Source: Methanocaldococcus sp. 28A
Lineage (GTDB): Archaea > AGJL01 > Methanococci > Methanococcales > Methanocaldococcaceae
Length of the DNA stretch: 64,000 nucleotides
Reading direction: 5' to 3' (one strand)
Assembly: GCA_049852185.1 (NCBI GenBank)
Contig: CP187540.1
The notes beneath the pieces were generated by a model. The model searched no databases. It had not been told where the DNA came from and saw only the letters and a list, made by a program, of their open reading frames with translations. Made by a program: the position numbers and the translations under genes. Numbering within the stretch: the stretch's first letter is position 1; the number at the start of each line of letters is the position of its first letter. This document shows, piece after piece, positions 22,128 to 33,356 of the stretch.

Positions 22128-22535
22128 TTATTCTTTAACTGCTTTCTTTTTAAACTTCTCAAATAATTCAATAATTTTTTCATCTTTTTTAACTTTTTTC
22201 TTTGGTTTTTTAGCTAAATACTTTTTCCAACCCTCCCTTGGTCTAAATAAAGTTATAACATGCCCCACTACACTAACAACCTCTGCATCACATGCCTTAG
22301 ATAGCTTTTCAGCAATTTCTTGTTTATCTTCATATAACAATGCAGCTTTTCTAACCTTAACCTTTATCAAACCTCTATCTTTTAACTGTCTATCTACTTC
22401 TTTAATAACCTTCTCACTACCTTCTTTTCCAACCCATACAACAGGTTCTAAATGATGAGCCTTAGCTCTAAGCATTCTTTTCATTTTTCCTGTAAGTTTT
22501 CTTTTTTGTTCATCTGTCATAAATCTCACCAACAA
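22128..22535 (-). CDS. YhbY/CRM-domain RNA-binding protein
   Basis: LRAKAHHLEPVVWVGKEG, GLIKVKV, VVGHVITLFR. Confidence 0.92.
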   Translation of the reverse strand: MLVRFMTDEQKRKLTGKMKRMLRAKAHHLEPVVWVGKEGSEKVIKEVDRQLKDRGLIKVKVRKAALLYEDKQEIAEKLSKACDAEVVSVVGHVITLFRPREGWKKYLAKKPKKKVKKDEKIIELFEKFKKKAVKE

Positions 22536-22571
22536 AATAGTTTTAATAATTTAATATATTTTTTTATTTTT

Positions 22572-25109
22572 TTATTTCTTTCCTTTCTCTTTCATTGAAA
22601 TGAATTCCATAACTTTCTTATGCAACTCTACTATCATTTTCTTCTTATCATCCATAAACACTATATCTGATGAAGCTGAAACAACCAAATTAAATGCAAA
22701 TGGCGAAGGTGAAGGCAACTCTAAATAATAAATTTTTCTTTTTTTATTTTTAATTTTTTTAAAATAATCTAAAGCATTGGCTATATCTAAGCTATCCTCT
22801 AAAATTTCTCTCAAAGTTTCTCTATATAAAGGGTGATTAACCTCTTTGCAGTATTTTAAAAGTATTTCTGCATTAAATTGCTGTCTATCAACGCTAATTT
22901 TTCTATTCATATATTTTCTCAAAATCATAAAGCCCCTTGTAGCAACATGCCTAAACCTTCTCTTTAAAATTTCACTCCTCTCTATACTTTCTTTTACATT
23001 TTTAACAATATCTAAATTGAAGAGTTCAGTTAGTTCACTTCTTTTTATCTTTCTGTTTTTGGGCAGTATTAAGGCAAATCCATAATCATTTATTGAAATT
23101 CTAACATTACATTTCTTTATTTTTGATATATAATTAGCGAAAGCTCTTGCTAATGCTTCATTAGCCTTCCTCCCAGCTACAAAGTGGAATATATAATATC
23201 TTCTCTTTTCCTCATCAAAACTCTCTATTAGCATTTTCTCATCATCAGGCACTATTGCAAAGCTATTCTGCTCCTCTATATAATTTTTAATAGCCTTAGC
23301 TGTTTTTTCATCTATGTCATATTTTTTCATAATATGCTCAATATCCGCATCTAAAACTTCTTTCCTAAATTTTTCTATATCCAATGCCAAATCATAAGCT
23401 AATGGCAACTGCTCAGAAAACCACGCTGGAATAGTAGGTTTTTCATCAAAAACTTCCTTAACTCTTATTTTATTCCCCTTACCTCCTAAATATTTATATG
23501 TTTTTCCTCCTAAGACGAAGATATCTCCTTTCATCAACTTTTCAGCAAACTCCTCTTCAACCTCTCCAATATATCTATTATTTTCATATACTGCCACTGA
23601 TGTTTCATCAGGAATAGTTCCAACGTTCATATAGTATATAGCTCTAACTGATTTCCCTCTCTTTCCAAATTTGTTATCTTTAAGCCAAATCTTTGCATAG
23701 ACATTTTTCTCCTCTATACCTCCAGCTAAGTAATTTAAAACATCTAAGAAATCTTCTTTACTTAAATCTTTATATGGATAGGCTTTTTTAATTAAATTAT
23801 ACGCCTCCTCAATATCCCAAACTTTCTCTAATGCCATTCCAACCAAATGTTGAGCTAAAACATCCAAACAGTTTTTTGGAATATGAACTCTATCAATTCT
23901 TCCAGTTTTTGCGTTATAAGCTAAAACAACATTCTCTATCAAATCATCCCTATCAAATGGAATTATAATTCCTTTACTTTTCTCATGCAATCTATGCCCA
24001 CTTCTACCAATTCTTTGTAAAGCTCTTGAAACACTTTTAGGTGAGCCTAACAAAATAACCAAGTCAATACTTCCAATATCAATACCTAATTCTAATGATG
24101 TTGAGCTAATAACACATTTCAGTTCTCCTTTTTTTAATTTCTCCTCAACTTCTAACCTATGCTCTCTACTTAAAGATGAGTGATGAGTCTCAACTTTTTT
24201 AACTCCTAACTGCTTTAAATGAAATGCAACTCTCTCAGTAGCACTTCTTGTGTTTGTAAATATTAAGGTTGTTTTATGCTCTTCTATGAGTTTTTTTAAT
24301 AAGCTATAGAGCTTTTTACTAATCTCCTCTGAAGGTGTGTAGATAAAATCATCAACAGGAGAAATAACCTTTATTCCAATCTCTTTTTTATAACTAACAT
24401 CTACAATATAGCAATCCCTATCATTACCTACTAAAAATTTGGCAACTTCAGTTAATGGATGAATAGTTGCTGATAAACCAATTCTTATAAAATTGGCAAT
24501 TCTATTCAACCTTTCTAAAGAAAGTGAGAGATGAACTCCTCTTTTATTTGTTAAAGCATGGATTTCATCAACTATTACATATTTAATTCCTTCTAACAAT
24601 TTTGAGAATTTTGGTGAGTTTAGAGCTATAGCCAAGGATTCTGGAGTAGTTATTAAAATGTGGGGTGGTTTTTTTAGCATTTTTTGCTTTTGTGAGCTTG
24701 TTGTATCACTTGTCCTTACAGCCACCCTAATCTCATCCAACTCTATATTTAGCTCTTTAGCAACTTCATAAATTTCTTTTAATGGCTCTTTTAGGTTTCT
24801 TTCAATATCATTATTTAGTGCCCTTAATGGTGAGACATATAAAATATATATCCTATCTTCCAATTTATTTTCCATTGATAATTTTATCAACTCATTTATT
24901 CCTGCTAAAAAAGCTGATAATGTCTTTCCACTCCCAGTTGGTGAGCAAATTAAAACATTCTTCCCTTCATGAATTTCTTTAATAGCATATCTTTGTGGTG
25001 GTGTAAAGGTTTTATACTTTTTTTTAAACCATTCTTTTACAGGTTCTTCTAAGATTTTATAAATTTCTTCATCAGAATACTCTTTTTTTAAGTATTCTAC
25101 TCTTCCCAT
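22572..25109 (-). CDS. lhr: Lhr-family ATP-dependent helicase
   Basis: SPTGSGKT, PLRALNNDI, TTPESL, DEIH, HHSSLS, QRIGRSGH, IPAWFSE. Confidence 0.93.
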   Translation of the reverse strand: MGRVEYLKKEYSDEEIYKILEEPVKEWFKKKYKTFTPPQRYAIKEIHEGKNVLICSPTGSGKTLSAFLAGINELIKLSMENKLEDRIYILYVSPLRALNNDIERNLKEPLKEIYEVAKELNIELDEIRVAVRTSDTTSSQKQKMLKKPPHILITTPESLAIALNSPKFSKLLEGIKYVIVDEIHALTNKRGVHLSLSLERLNRIANFIRIGLSATIHPLTEVAKFLVGNDRDCYIVDVSYKKEIGIKVISPVDDFIYTPSEEISKKLYSLLKKLIEEHKTTLIFTNTRSATERVAFHLKQLGVKKVETHHSSLSREHRLEVEEKLKKGELKCVISSTSLELGIDIGSIDLVILLGSPKSVSRALQRIGRSGHRLHEKSKGIIIPFDRDDLIENVVLAYNAKTGRIDRVHIPKNCLDVLAQHLVGMALEKVWDIEEAYNLIKKAYPYKDLSKEDFLDVLNYLAGGIEEKNVYAKIWLKDNKFGKRGKSVRAIYYMNVGTIPDETSVAVYENNRYIGEVEEEFAEKLMKGDIFVLGGKTYKYLGGKGNKIRVKEVFDEKPTIPAWFSEQLPLAYDLALDIEKFRKEVLDADIEHIMKKYDIDEKTAKAIKNYIEEQNSFAIVPDDEKMLIESFDEEKRRYYIFHFVAGRKANEALARAFANYISKIKKCNVRISINDYGFALILPKNRKIKRSELTELFNLDIVKNVKESIERSEILKRRFRHVATRGFMILRKYMNRKISVDRQQFNAEILLKYCKEVNHPLYRETLREILEDSLDIANALDYFKKIKNKKRKIYYLELPSPSPFAFNLVVSASSDIVFMDDKKKMIVELHKKVMEFISMKEKGKK

Positions 25110-25121
25110 TATCTCCCAGTA

Positions 25122-25218
25122 TATGTTGTGTGCAAAACTATTTTAAATAAAATTAAAGAAATAAGAAGGTATTCAAATTGTCCTTATAAAAGATTATTTT
25201 ATTTTACACAAAACTATA
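25122..25218. repeat. Short MITE-like intergenic repeat
   Basis: Imperfect terminal IRs TATGTTGTGTGCAAAA / TTTTACACAAAACTATA. Confidence 0.5.
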
Positions 25219-25229
25219 AATAATCTGAG

Positions 25230-25802
25230 GTGAAATTTATGATAAAACTTCTATATGAAGGAATTTTAATCAGAGAAAATGGGATAATTAAGAAAGCTTC
25301 ATCTTCATCAACGTTAATTATTACAGACTACAACAATATAATTGTTGATACTTCAACAAAAGATATGGAAAATATTATTATTAAAGGTTTATCTGAACTG
25401 AATCTATCTCCAAATGATATAGATGTAGTTATAAATACACATCTCCATTATGACCACATAGAAAACAATTCAATATTTAAAAACGCTACATTTTATGCCT
25501 CACCAAAAGAGTTTGGATTTAATGATAATTTTGAAGATTTTAAAAAATTTAGAGATAAAGAAATTGAGATTATTGAAACTCCTGGACATACTTATGGTAG
25601 TATTTCAGTAATTTATAAAGATTATATTATTGTTGGAGATGCTGCCCCTCTAAAAAATAATATTCTAAAAATGATTCCTCCAAGGTTAAATGTAGATGAA
25701 AAATTAGCTTTAGAGAGTTTAAAAAAGATTAGAGAGCTTAGAAAAAATGTAATTACAGGACATGAAGGAATTGTTTATAAAGAAGAGCTTATTTTATATT
25801 AA
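25230..25802 (+). CDS. Metallo-beta-lactamase fold hydrolase
   Basis: THLHYDH, TPGHT, GD, GH motifs. Confidence 0.9.
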   Translation: MKFMIKLLYEGILIRENGIIKKASSSSTLIITDYNNIIVDTSTKDMENIIIKGLSELNLSPNDIDVVINTHLHYDHIENNSIFKNATFYASPKEFGFNDNFEDFKKFRDKEIEIIETPGHTYGSISVIYKDYIIVGDAAPLKNNILKMIPPRLNVDEKLALESLKKIRELRKNVITGHEGIVYKEELILY

Positions 25803-25817
25803 TTGTTTTTTCTGTAA

Positions 25818-26990
25818 TTATTCTACATCTCCTCTATCTTTTCTTGTGATTCCTCCTTCTTCTATCAACTCTAAACCTTCTAAAGGAATAAATCTATCTT
25901 CCAATGCTTCTAAGACCTTTGGAACTGTTGTGTATTCCATCATTGTTGCAGGTAATCTGTGTGGTTGGAATGGTCCCATTCTTCTTATAATGTCTGCCAT
26001 CTCTAAAGCTTTCTCTCTTGCTTTATCAAAGCCCTTATCTGCAAATAAGTCATTTGGTCCAATTAACATTCCATCACAAACTTGGAATCCAAGAGCAATA
26101 ATTCTTGCTGGCCCATCAAATCTTGTAGGAGTTGCATCTTCTTCTCCAACTGGCATTAACGGCCCCCAATGGCTACCTCTCATCCATCCTGGAACAAAAT
26201 GTGGGTTAGCAAATGGCTCTAAAACTTCTCCAACAGCTGGGAATCCACTCTGAGCTCTAACAATAGCTACTGGGTCATCTTTACCAACATACTCTCCAGC
26301 TATGTAGTTTAATTTTTCAGTGCTAACCACAGCAGCTATTTCATTATCTCTTCTTCTATAAACTCTTTTAATTGCATACTTCTCATAATCTCCAATTAAA
26401 GCTAAGAGCATATACATCTCTTCTGGTGTATCTAAAAAGACCTTTTTATGTCCAACAACATCATGAACTTCAAATCTAAATCCTGAAATCATTGAAGGGT
26501 CGAAAACTAAACCAGCTGTGTTGAATGGGTCTGCAAACATCTTAAATAATGGATAGTTAAAAGCTGTTGGGTCTGTTTTATCGCAACAGAATACAACTAT
26601 TGGCTCACTTTTCCTCTCAACAAATTCTATCTCTGCACATCCTGGACCCATTCCTCTAACGTTTCCTGAAAAGCTATCAGATAATAAATCTTGCCCTGCT
26701 CCATATAATTTTAACTCTTTAGCTATTTTTGTTGCTTCTTCAAAAGCTTTCCACGCCAAACCATGAACTTTTTCATTATCACAACCTAATTTATGGCTCA
26801 TAATTAAATCAATGTCATCCCCACATCTTGTAACGTAATAATCTAATATTATCTCATCAACTGCTTCCTCTAAAACCGCCTCACATGCCTCTAATAACTC
26901 GTCTGGAGCTAATGTATGCCCACACAATCCTCCAACATCTGCCTTTATAACACTGATTGTTATTTTATTATTTTCCATCCAAATCACCAC
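25818..26990 (-). CDS. fbp: Bifunctional fructose-1,6-bisphosphate aldolase/phosphatase (class V)
   Basis: SVIKADVGG, LYGAGQDLL, YVGKDDP, GWMRGSH, GPFQPHRL, MEYTT. Confidence 0.96.
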   Translation of the reverse strand: MVIWMENNKITISVIKADVGGLCGHTLAPDELLEACEAVLEEAVDEIILDYYVTRCGDDIDLIMSHKLGCDNEKVHGLAWKAFEEATKIAKELKLYGAGQDLLSDSFSGNVRGMGPGCAEIEFVERKSEPIVVFCCDKTDPTAFNYPLFKMFADPFNTAGLVFDPSMISGFRFEVHDVVGHKKVFLDTPEEMYMLLALIGDYEKYAIKRVYRRRDNEIAAVVSTEKLNYIAGEYVGKDDPVAIVRAQSGFPAVGEVLEPFANPHFVPGWMRGSHWGPLMPVGEEDATPTRFDGPARIIALGFQVCDGMLIGPNDLFADKGFDKAREKALEMADIIRRMGPFQPHRLPATMMEYTTVPKVLEALEDRFIPLEGLELIEEGGITRKDRGDVE

Positions 26991-27146
26991 AGAATTTTAT
27001 CATTAATATTCCTAATATTTAGATAATTAGTATATAAACTTAACTTTATTTATCTTGACAGTCTCTCTCTTCGATATTTGCACATTAACTTTATATATAG
27101 GAATTATTAGTTATTCTAATAGGGATTAAATAACATAGGTGATAAT

Positions 27147-28037
27147 ATGGACCCAAAAATAAGCTACTTTCAAACATTCATAGTTGCAAGTAAAACAAAA
27201 AGTTTTTCTAAAGCAGCTAAAAGATTAGGAATAACTCAAGGAACTGTTAGCAACCACATATCAGCACTTGAAAAATATTTTGATGCTCAGCTTTTTTTAA
27301 GGACTCCAGAAGGTGTAGATTTAACACCAGAAGGAAAGATATTTTATAAGAGGGCTGAAAAGATTTTAGATTTGTTGAATGAGGCAAAATTGTTGATGAA
27401 AGCTATACACGAAAATCCTGAAGGGATTATTAGAATCTATGCGTCTACAACCCCTGGGGAACACATTCTACCTTCAATTATTAAAGAATATAAAAGCTCA
27501 TATAAAAATGTGGATTTTGAGATTACAATAACTGACTCTGAGAGATGTTTTAAGGCATTAGATGAGGGATTAGCAGATATAGCAGCTGTTGGCTATCTAA
27601 AAAATAAGAATTATGAATATACAATTATAGGTAAGGATAGATTAGTTTTAATTGTCCCACCAAATCATCCACTTGCAGAGAAAGGTTATGCTAAGCTTGA
27701 AGATATACTTAAAGAGGACTACATAGATAGAGAAGAAGGTTCTGGAACAAGAGAGTCGTTTATTAAAGCATTAAATGAGAAAGGATATTCAATAATGGAT
27801 TTAAATGTTGTAATGAGATTAGGTAGTCATTCAGCAGTTATCACTGCGGTTTCAGAAGGTTATGGAGTTAGCGTTGTTTCCGAAATCCCAGCTAAAAAGG
27901 CAGAAGATGCTGGTTTAGTTAAAATAGTTCCAGTTGTAGATTTGGATGTTGTAAGATACCTATATTTAGTTAAAAGTAGAAGACCTAAAAATCCAAGTGC
28001 AGTTAAATCATTTTGGGAGTTTGTTACAAAAATCTAA
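27147..28037 (+). CDS. LysR-family regulator (selenium-metabolism associated, HrsM-like)
   Basis: SFSKAAKRLGITQGTVSNHISALE HTH; REEGSGTR. Confidence 0.88.
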   Translation: MDPKISYFQTFIVASKTKSFSKAAKRLGITQGTVSNHISALEKYFDAQLFLRTPEGVDLTPEGKIFYKRAEKILDLLNEAKLLMKAIHENPEGIIRIYASTTPGEHILPSIIKEYKSSYKNVDFEITITDSERCFKALDEGLADIAAVGYLKNKNYEYTIIGKDRLVLIVPPNHPLAEKGYAKLEDILKEDYIDREEGSGTRESFIKALNEKGYSIMDLNVVMRLGSHSAVITAVSEGYGVSVVSEIPAKKAEDAGLVKIVPVVDLDVVRYLYLVKSRRPKNPSAVKSFWEFVTKI

Positions 28038-28109
28038 TTTTTTATTTTATTTTAAAAAAATTTTAAAAAATTTATTTAATCTATTAGAGTAACTAAAAAA
28101 ATAGAACAA

Positions 28110-28403
28110 TTACTTTTTTCTTCTCTCAAATTCTTTCAACAATTCCTCAAACTCTATCTCTTTGTAAGCTAATAACACCATTGTATGGAATATCAAATCA
28201 GCTGCTTCATAAATAATCTCATCTTCTTTGTTATCTTTAGCTGCTAAAATCAATTCTGTAGCTTCCTCTCCAATTTTCTCACAGATTTTATTTATTGCAG
28301 GTTTTTTATCATCAGTTGTTAGCTTTGCTACATAAGAATTTTCTGGCTTTTCCTTAATTCTTTGTTTTATGGTTTCATAAACTTCTTCTAAAATCATAGG
28401 CAT
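28110..28403 (-). CDS. hisE: Phosphoribosyl-ATP pyrophosphatase
   Basis: [23 protein letters not shown]. Confidence 0.95.
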   Translation of the reverse strand: MPMILEEVYETIKQRIKEKPENSYVAKLTTDDKKPAINKICEKIGEEATELILAAKDNKEDEIIYEAADLIFHTMVLLAYKEIEFEELLKEFERRKK

Positions 28404-28407
28404 CCCT

Positions 28408-28824
28408 TTATTCTTCTAACGCTTTCAATCTCTTAACCATTTTAACAGCTGCTTCAACAGCCCTCTTACCATAATCTACTCTTTCTTGAGCTTGTAATCT
28501 TGTCATCCCTGGTCCTGAAATTCCGAGAGTTACTGGCTTATCATATTGTAGAGCTAAATCTGCTATTTTTCTCGCTGCATTGTGAACAACTATTTCGTCA
28601 TGCTCTGTCTCTCCTTCAATAACACATCCAATTGTTACAACTGCATCAACATCATCTTTCTCTAACAATTTTTTTACAGCTAATGGTATGTCAAAAACTC
28701 CAGGAACAACGATTTTATATTTTACAGTAGCTCCTAAAAATTCAGCATGTTCTTCAGCAACTTTTTCCATCATATATGTTATATCTCTATTAAATTCAGC
28801 AATTACAAATCCAAGATTTACCAT
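28408..28824 (-). CDS. ribH: 6,7-dimethyl-8-ribityllumazine synthase
   Basis: [27 protein letters not shown]. Confidence 0.95.
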   Translation of the reverse strand: MVNLGFVIAEFNRDITYMMEKVAEEHAEFLGATVKYKIVVPGVFDIPLAVKKLLEKDDVDAVVTIGCVIEGETEHDEIVVHNAARKIADLALQYDKPVTLGISGPGMTRLQAQERVDYGKRAVEAAVKMVKRLKALEE

Positions 28825-28903
28825 ACTCCTCACCTTATACAATTTGATATCCACTTATTCATTTGAATTTAAATTATTTAAATTTTTATGCTTTTGTAGA
28901 TTG

Positions 28904-29374
28904 TTATAGCATTGCTTCAGATAATTTAACATATCTCAATGCATTTTCTTTTATACCTTTAATTTCTTCATCTGTAAGTTCTCTAACCACTCTACCAGGA
29001 ACTCCCAAAACTAAGCTATTTGGTGGAATCTCCTTATTTTGAGTGACTAATGCGTTAGCACCAATTATACAATTTTCTCCAATTTTTGTTCCATTTAATA
29101 TGGTAGCGTTCATTCCTACTAAGACATTATTCTCAATTTTACAACCATGAATAACAGCTCCATGACCTATTGACACATAATCTCCAATTATAGTAGGATA
29201 TCCTTTAGAGCAATGAACAACACAACAATCTTGAACATTTGAGTAGTTTCCAATTATTATTTTATCAACATCTCCCCTAATTACAGCATTATACCACACA
29301 GATGTATAATCTCCAATACTTACATCTCCAACAATTACAGCCCCTTTAGCTATTCTTGCATTTTTTGAAATCAT
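28904..29374 (-). CDS. Gamma carbonic anhydrase family (CamH/YrdA) protein
   Basis: Hexapeptide repeats; VWYNAVIRGD, NVQD, GHGAVIHG. Confidence 0.92.
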   Translation of the reverse strand: MISKNARIAKGAVIVGDVSIGDYTSVWYNAVIRGDVDKIIIGNYSNVQDCCVVHCSKGYPTIIGDYVSIGHGAVIHGCKIENNVLVGMNATILNGTKIGENCIIGANALVTQNKEIPPNSLVLGVPGRVVRELTDEEIKGIKENALRYVKLSEAML

Positions 29375-29412
29375 TATTCCACCACCAGAAGTTTTAAAAA
29401 TAATGGACTTTA

Positions 29413-29523
29413 TATAGTATTGTGCAAAATAGACTAACTTTATAAAGAATATTTAAATGGCCTCCAAAAGGAAGTCCTTCATTAATGCCTTATTTATTAT
29501 ACTCACTTTTGCACAATACTATA
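29413..29523. mobile_element. 111-bp MITE-like element with perfect 17-bp terminal inverted repeats
   Basis: TATAGTATTGTGCAAAA ... TTTTGCACAATACTATA. Confidence 0.75.
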
Positions 29524-29545
29524 ATTTATTAAAAATTATTATCTG

Positions 29546-30736
29546 ATGATATTTATGGATATTGTTAATGCATTCAATAAATTAATAAAAATAATAACAT
29601 GGATTAGCATTGCATCATTAATAGGTATTGTTGGGGGTTTAAGTTCAGTAATCATGGCTATAATTATAGAGTATTTTCCAGAAAAACATAACATTTTTTT
29701 AATTCCACTTGTATTTTTTATTGCTGGGTTATTTGTTGATTATTTTTATGAATTAAAGGGTTCTGGGATTGATAGAGTTTTAAAAGCTTTAAATATTAAT
29801 GAAAGATTAACTTGGGTAAAAGGGCTTTTAAAGATTTTGTTAGCTGGAGCTATTATTGCTGTAGGTGGTAGTGCTGGAAAAGAGGGACCTTGCGTGCAGT
29901 CGAGCGCATCTTTTGCTGATGAGCTATACAGATTATTAAGACTAAAAAATAGAGAGTTAGTTATTATAACAGGAATTGCTGGAGGACTTGGAGGAGCATT
30001 TGCTGCTCCTTTAGGAACAGCCATATTATCATGTGAGATTATTGAGCATGAGAATTTTAATTATATCAACTTACTTCCCCCAATCATTGCAAGTGTTGTT
30101 GGCTATATAATCTTCTATCTAATTACTGGAAAAAAACATCTTTTTGATGTTTATTTGCCTTATTCAGTGCATCCATTTGATTTTATTCTATTTATTGTAG
30201 CATCATTTTTCTGTTCGGCTATATCATATTGTTATATAAAAACCTACAGAAAAATAGCAACAACTTTTGATAATTTTAAAGTTCCTTATTGCATTAAAAC
30301 ATTAATTGGTGGAATTTTAGTGGCTACAATTGGATATTTTGTTCCAGAAGTTTTAGGTATGGGTTTAGAACTTACAAAAGATTTATTTTTCATGAAATTT
30401 TCCTTAGAGTTATTAATATTAATATTAATTGGAAAGATATTAGCAACATCATTTACTGTTGGTTCTGGAGTGCCAGGAGGGCTAATGATTCCATCTATGT
30501 GCATTGGGGCAATTTCTGGGTTGATATTTAGCTATATAATAGGGGTTAATCCAATCCCATTTATTGTCTTAGGGATAGCCACTTCTTTATCAGCTTCTAC
30601 TAACGCTCCATTGGGTGGAGCTGTATTATGCATAGAGATTTTTGGCTTTGATTTTGCAGTTCCGGCTTCTATAGGAGCAGTTATTGGATATCAAATGACA
30701 AAATTTGAAACAATATTTAAGTATGTAAGATTCTAA
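29546..30736 (+). CDS. ClC-family chloride channel/antiporter
   Basis: GSGI, GKEGP, GGLMIP signature motifs. Confidence 0.93.
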   Translation: MIFMDIVNAFNKLIKIITWISIASLIGIVGGLSSVIMAIIIEYFPEKHNIFLIPLVFFIAGLFVDYFYELKGSGIDRVLKALNINERLTWVKGLLKILLAGAIIAVGGSAGKEGPCVQSSASFADELYRLLRLKNRELVIITGIAGGLGGAFAAPLGTAILSCEIIEHENFNYINLLPPIIASVVGYIIFYLITGKKHLFDVYLPYSVHPFDFILFIVASFFCSAISYCYIKTYRKIATTFDNFKVPYCIKTLIGGILVATIGYFVPEVLGMGLELTKDLFFMKFSLELLILILIGKILATSFTVGSGVPGGLMIPSMCIGAISGLIFSYIIGVNPIPFIVLGIATSLSASTNAPLGGAVLCIEIFGFDFAVPASIGAVIGYQMTKFETIFKYVRF

Positions 30737-30768
30737 ATTCAAAAATAGAATAAAAAAGAAAAAAAGGT

Positions 30769-30963
30769 TTAATTCAAATTTAGAATTTTCTTTAACTTTT
30801 CACAGTTTGGGATTTCAATTTCATCTATGGGATATTCTTCTTTTAATAATTCTAATATTGTCATTATGTCTTTTCCAATACATACTTCACATTTTATACA
30901 GAGCTCATTATCATTTGTAAAATTATCATCTTTGCAAATTACTTTTAGTTTCATACATTTCAC
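30769..30963 (-). CDS. Small Cys-rich hypothetical protein
   Basis: 64-aa ORF co-oriented with thioredoxin; CIKCEVC. Confidence 0.6.
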   Translation of the reverse strand: MKCMKLKVICKDDNFTNDNELCIKCEVCIGKDIMTILELLKEEYPIDEIEIPNCEKLKKILNLN

Positions 30964-31047
30964 TTTTAAAAATTTTAAAAATAAAAGTTTAATACTCTAA
31001 TGAGAGTATTATATATTCCATATCTCCACAGAACAAAATAAATTAAC

Positions 31048-31305
31048 TTATAATCTTTTTTTAATTGCTTCAACTAATGCCTCTTTTGTAGGAGCTCCAA
31101 TAAACTCAACTTCCCCATTTATTACAATGGTAGGTACTGCCATTATTCCATATTCCATAGCTTTTTGTGGATTTTCCATAACATTTATATACTCTACTTC
31201 AACAGTGTCAGGCATTTCGTTAGCTACTTCTTCAACAACTCTTTTAGCTGCAGGACAGTGAGGACACATTGGTGATGTAAAGAGTTCAATTTTTACTTTT
31301 GACAT
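31048..31305 (-). CDS. Thioredoxin (MJ0307/Trx1 type)
   Basis: CPHC active site; AVPTIVING. Confidence 0.93.
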   Translation of the reverse strand: MSKVKIELFTSPMCPHCPAAKRVVEEVANEMPDTVEVEYINVMENPQKAMEYGIMAVPTIVINGEVEFIGAPTKEALVEAIKKRL

Positions 31306-31423
31306 ATTTAATCCCCAAATTTTACTAATTAATCACATAGATTATTTTTGCTAAAATTTTTATAAATAGTTTTTCCTTAAAAAATTAGAAAGTATTAGAA
31401 ATTTAAGAACTTATTTATTTAAT

Positions 31424-32128
31424 TTAGTGGCTATCACATGTCCATACTTGTCTGAAGTGTTCAATTGCTTCGACAATATCTTTCAATTTTTCTGGTGGGA
31501 AAGCTACAACGACTTCTCCTGGCTTTATTCCAGCGTATTTTCTTGAACCGTTACAACCTAATGTCATGTTAGGTGCTTTTCTTGTATAAACTGCTGCAAC
31601 GGCATCAGCACATAATGACTGGATTCCTGAGAAATCAGCTTGGAATCTTCCACCTTTGTGGTAGAGCATTGCCTGAACTAATCTTAACGCATACAATGGC
31701 TCTCCTATAAATACTATTGAATCTGGAATAAAATCTGTTTCATCTAATGGGGCATAAACAGATGCATAAATCTCATCTTCAACTTTTGGTATGGCTTCAA
31801 CGGTTTTTTTAGCAGCTTCTTCATCCTTAAAGTTTCCTAATTTAACATATAATTTTCCTGTTGCCAATGGCTCTGGTGGGTTTCTAAAGACACCAATTGC
31901 ATAAGCCCCTCCCTTACAGAGATGTTTATCTAATGTCGCATATATTTTCTTTCTCTCTAATCTTGCAAGTTGAATCATTTCACAGTGTCTTTTTTCTTCT
32001 GCCAATTCTTCATAACCTTCTGGAATTTCATCTTTTGATTTTGCTAATTTTACAGCAACAAATGGTTTGTCTAACATCATTAATTCCATTAATTTTTTTC
32101 CATATTCTTTTATTTCATTAACGTCCAT
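31424..32128 (-). CDS. DUF169 family protein
   Basis: RHCEMI, GIQSLCAD, TLGCNGSRKY. Confidence 0.85.
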   Translation of the reverse strand: MDVNEIKEYGKKLMELMMLDKPFVAVKLAKSKDEIPEGYEELAEEKRHCEMIQLARLERKKIYATLDKHLCKGGAYAIGVFRNPPEPLATGKLYVKLGNFKDEEAAKKTVEAIPKVEDEIYASVYAPLDETDFIPDSIVFIGEPLYALRLVQAMLYHKGGRFQADFSGIQSLCADAVAAVYTRKAPNMTLGCNGSRKYAGIKPGEVVVAFPPEKLKDIVEAIEHFRQVWTCDSH

Positions 32129-32211
32129 GCTCTCACCTGTGAATGGTTGTGTATGTCCTACGAACTATATGTAGTATTCCTAAGTATATATACTTTTCGA
32201 TTTAATTTAGG

Positions 32212-32906
32212 GAGGTTGTCAAGATAAGGATTAAATAAATATGTGTAAATAAAGGAAGATATGAAACTTACGATAGAAACGTTAAAAGAAAGGATTAAGA
32301 AGATAGTTAAGAGGAATAAGAAGTCGATAGAGATTAAAATCTTAGCAGGAATTTTGTATTATCTGGGATTATCGTTAAGAAAGGTTAGTTTGTTTCTTTC
32401 ACAGTTTGAGAGCATAAGCCATGAATCGGTTAGAATATATTACCACAAGATTAAAGATATTTTAAACGAGCCTGAAAGAAAGACAAGAAACCTAATTGCA
32501 ATCGATGAAACTAAACTAAAGCTTGGAAATGAAACTATTTATGTATGGTCTGCTATCGATGTGGAGTCTAAAGAATGTTTGGGTATCTATGTCTCTAAAA
32601 CAAGATTTTATCTCGATACTATGTTATTCGTAAGAAGGATATTAAAATTTTGCTCGAATAAACCAAAAATTTTGGTTGATAGTGGTAAATGGTATCCGTG
32701 GGCTCTACAGAGATTAGGCTTAAAATTCGAAAGAGTTCGATTCGGTTTAAGAAATTGTGTCGAAAGTTTCTTCTCTCTACTCAAACGAAGAACCAAATCT
32801 TTCTATAACCGATTCCCTAATAACTCTAAATTCTCATCTGTCATTAGTTGGCTTGAATCTTTCTCCTCTTTCTATAACTTCTTCCTTTACTTATCTTGAC
32901 ATCGTC
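32212..32906 (+). mobile_element. IS6-family insertion sequence, apparently complete
   Basis: Imperfect TIRs GAGGTTGTCAAGATAAG / CTTATCTTGACATCGTC; direct repeat TAATTTAGG at 32203-32211 and 32907-32915. Confidence 0.92.
32261..32899 (+). CDS. IS6-family DDE transposase
   Basis: [37 protein letters not shown]. Confidence 0.93.
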   Translation: MKLTIETLKERIKKIVKRNKKSIEIKILAGILYYLGLSLRKVSLFLSQFESISHESVRIYYHKIKDILNEPERKTRNLIAIDETKLKLGNETIYVWSAIDVESKECLGIYVSKTRFYLDTMLFVRRILKFCSNKPKILVDSGKWYPWALQRLGLKFERVRFGLRNCVESFFSLLKRRTKSFYNRFPNNSKFSSVISWLESFSSFYNFFLYLS

Positions 32907-33133
32907 TAATTTAGGGTTTGGTCATAAAGTATATAATTTTTTATAATTGAGATTTAAGAACCCTAAGTTCGATTCTTGAGTAAATAAATTATTTTTATAT
33001 TCCTATTTTCCATATAGAAGTAACTTAGTTTTTATGGCTCAAATAGTATTATAAACTATGACTTTACAGTATATTTCGTGTAATATTGCGTTGTAATTTT
33101 TACATGACTATGTATATTAGCCTCAAATACTCT

Positions 33134-33236
33134 TAGGATTTTCGCACCAATATTATTCCATAAATAAAATAAAAAATATTATCTCTACATTCAAACAGTT
33201 ATACCTTTTAATATTTATATACCTGCGAAAGGCTCA
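33134..33236. repeat. Methanococcales short repetitive element (MJRE-like), degenerate
   Basis: TAGGATTTTCGCAC ... CCTGCGAAAGGCT inverted ends; related motif at 43869. Confidence 0.45.
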
Positions 33237-33356
33237 CAATTATATGGTAATTATAGAAGTAGCAAAAGGTAGTTTAGGAAGAATAAAGTTGTTAAAAAAT
33301 AGAGAGGAGTTTCTTTAATATCTGTGCAGTTTGTATAGGAGAGTAATTGTGAATAT

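Noticed and set aside
25762-26253. 163-aa plus-strand ORF and similar short antisense ORFs throughout the track
   Set aside because: They overlap well-supported genes on the opposite strand and show no motifs
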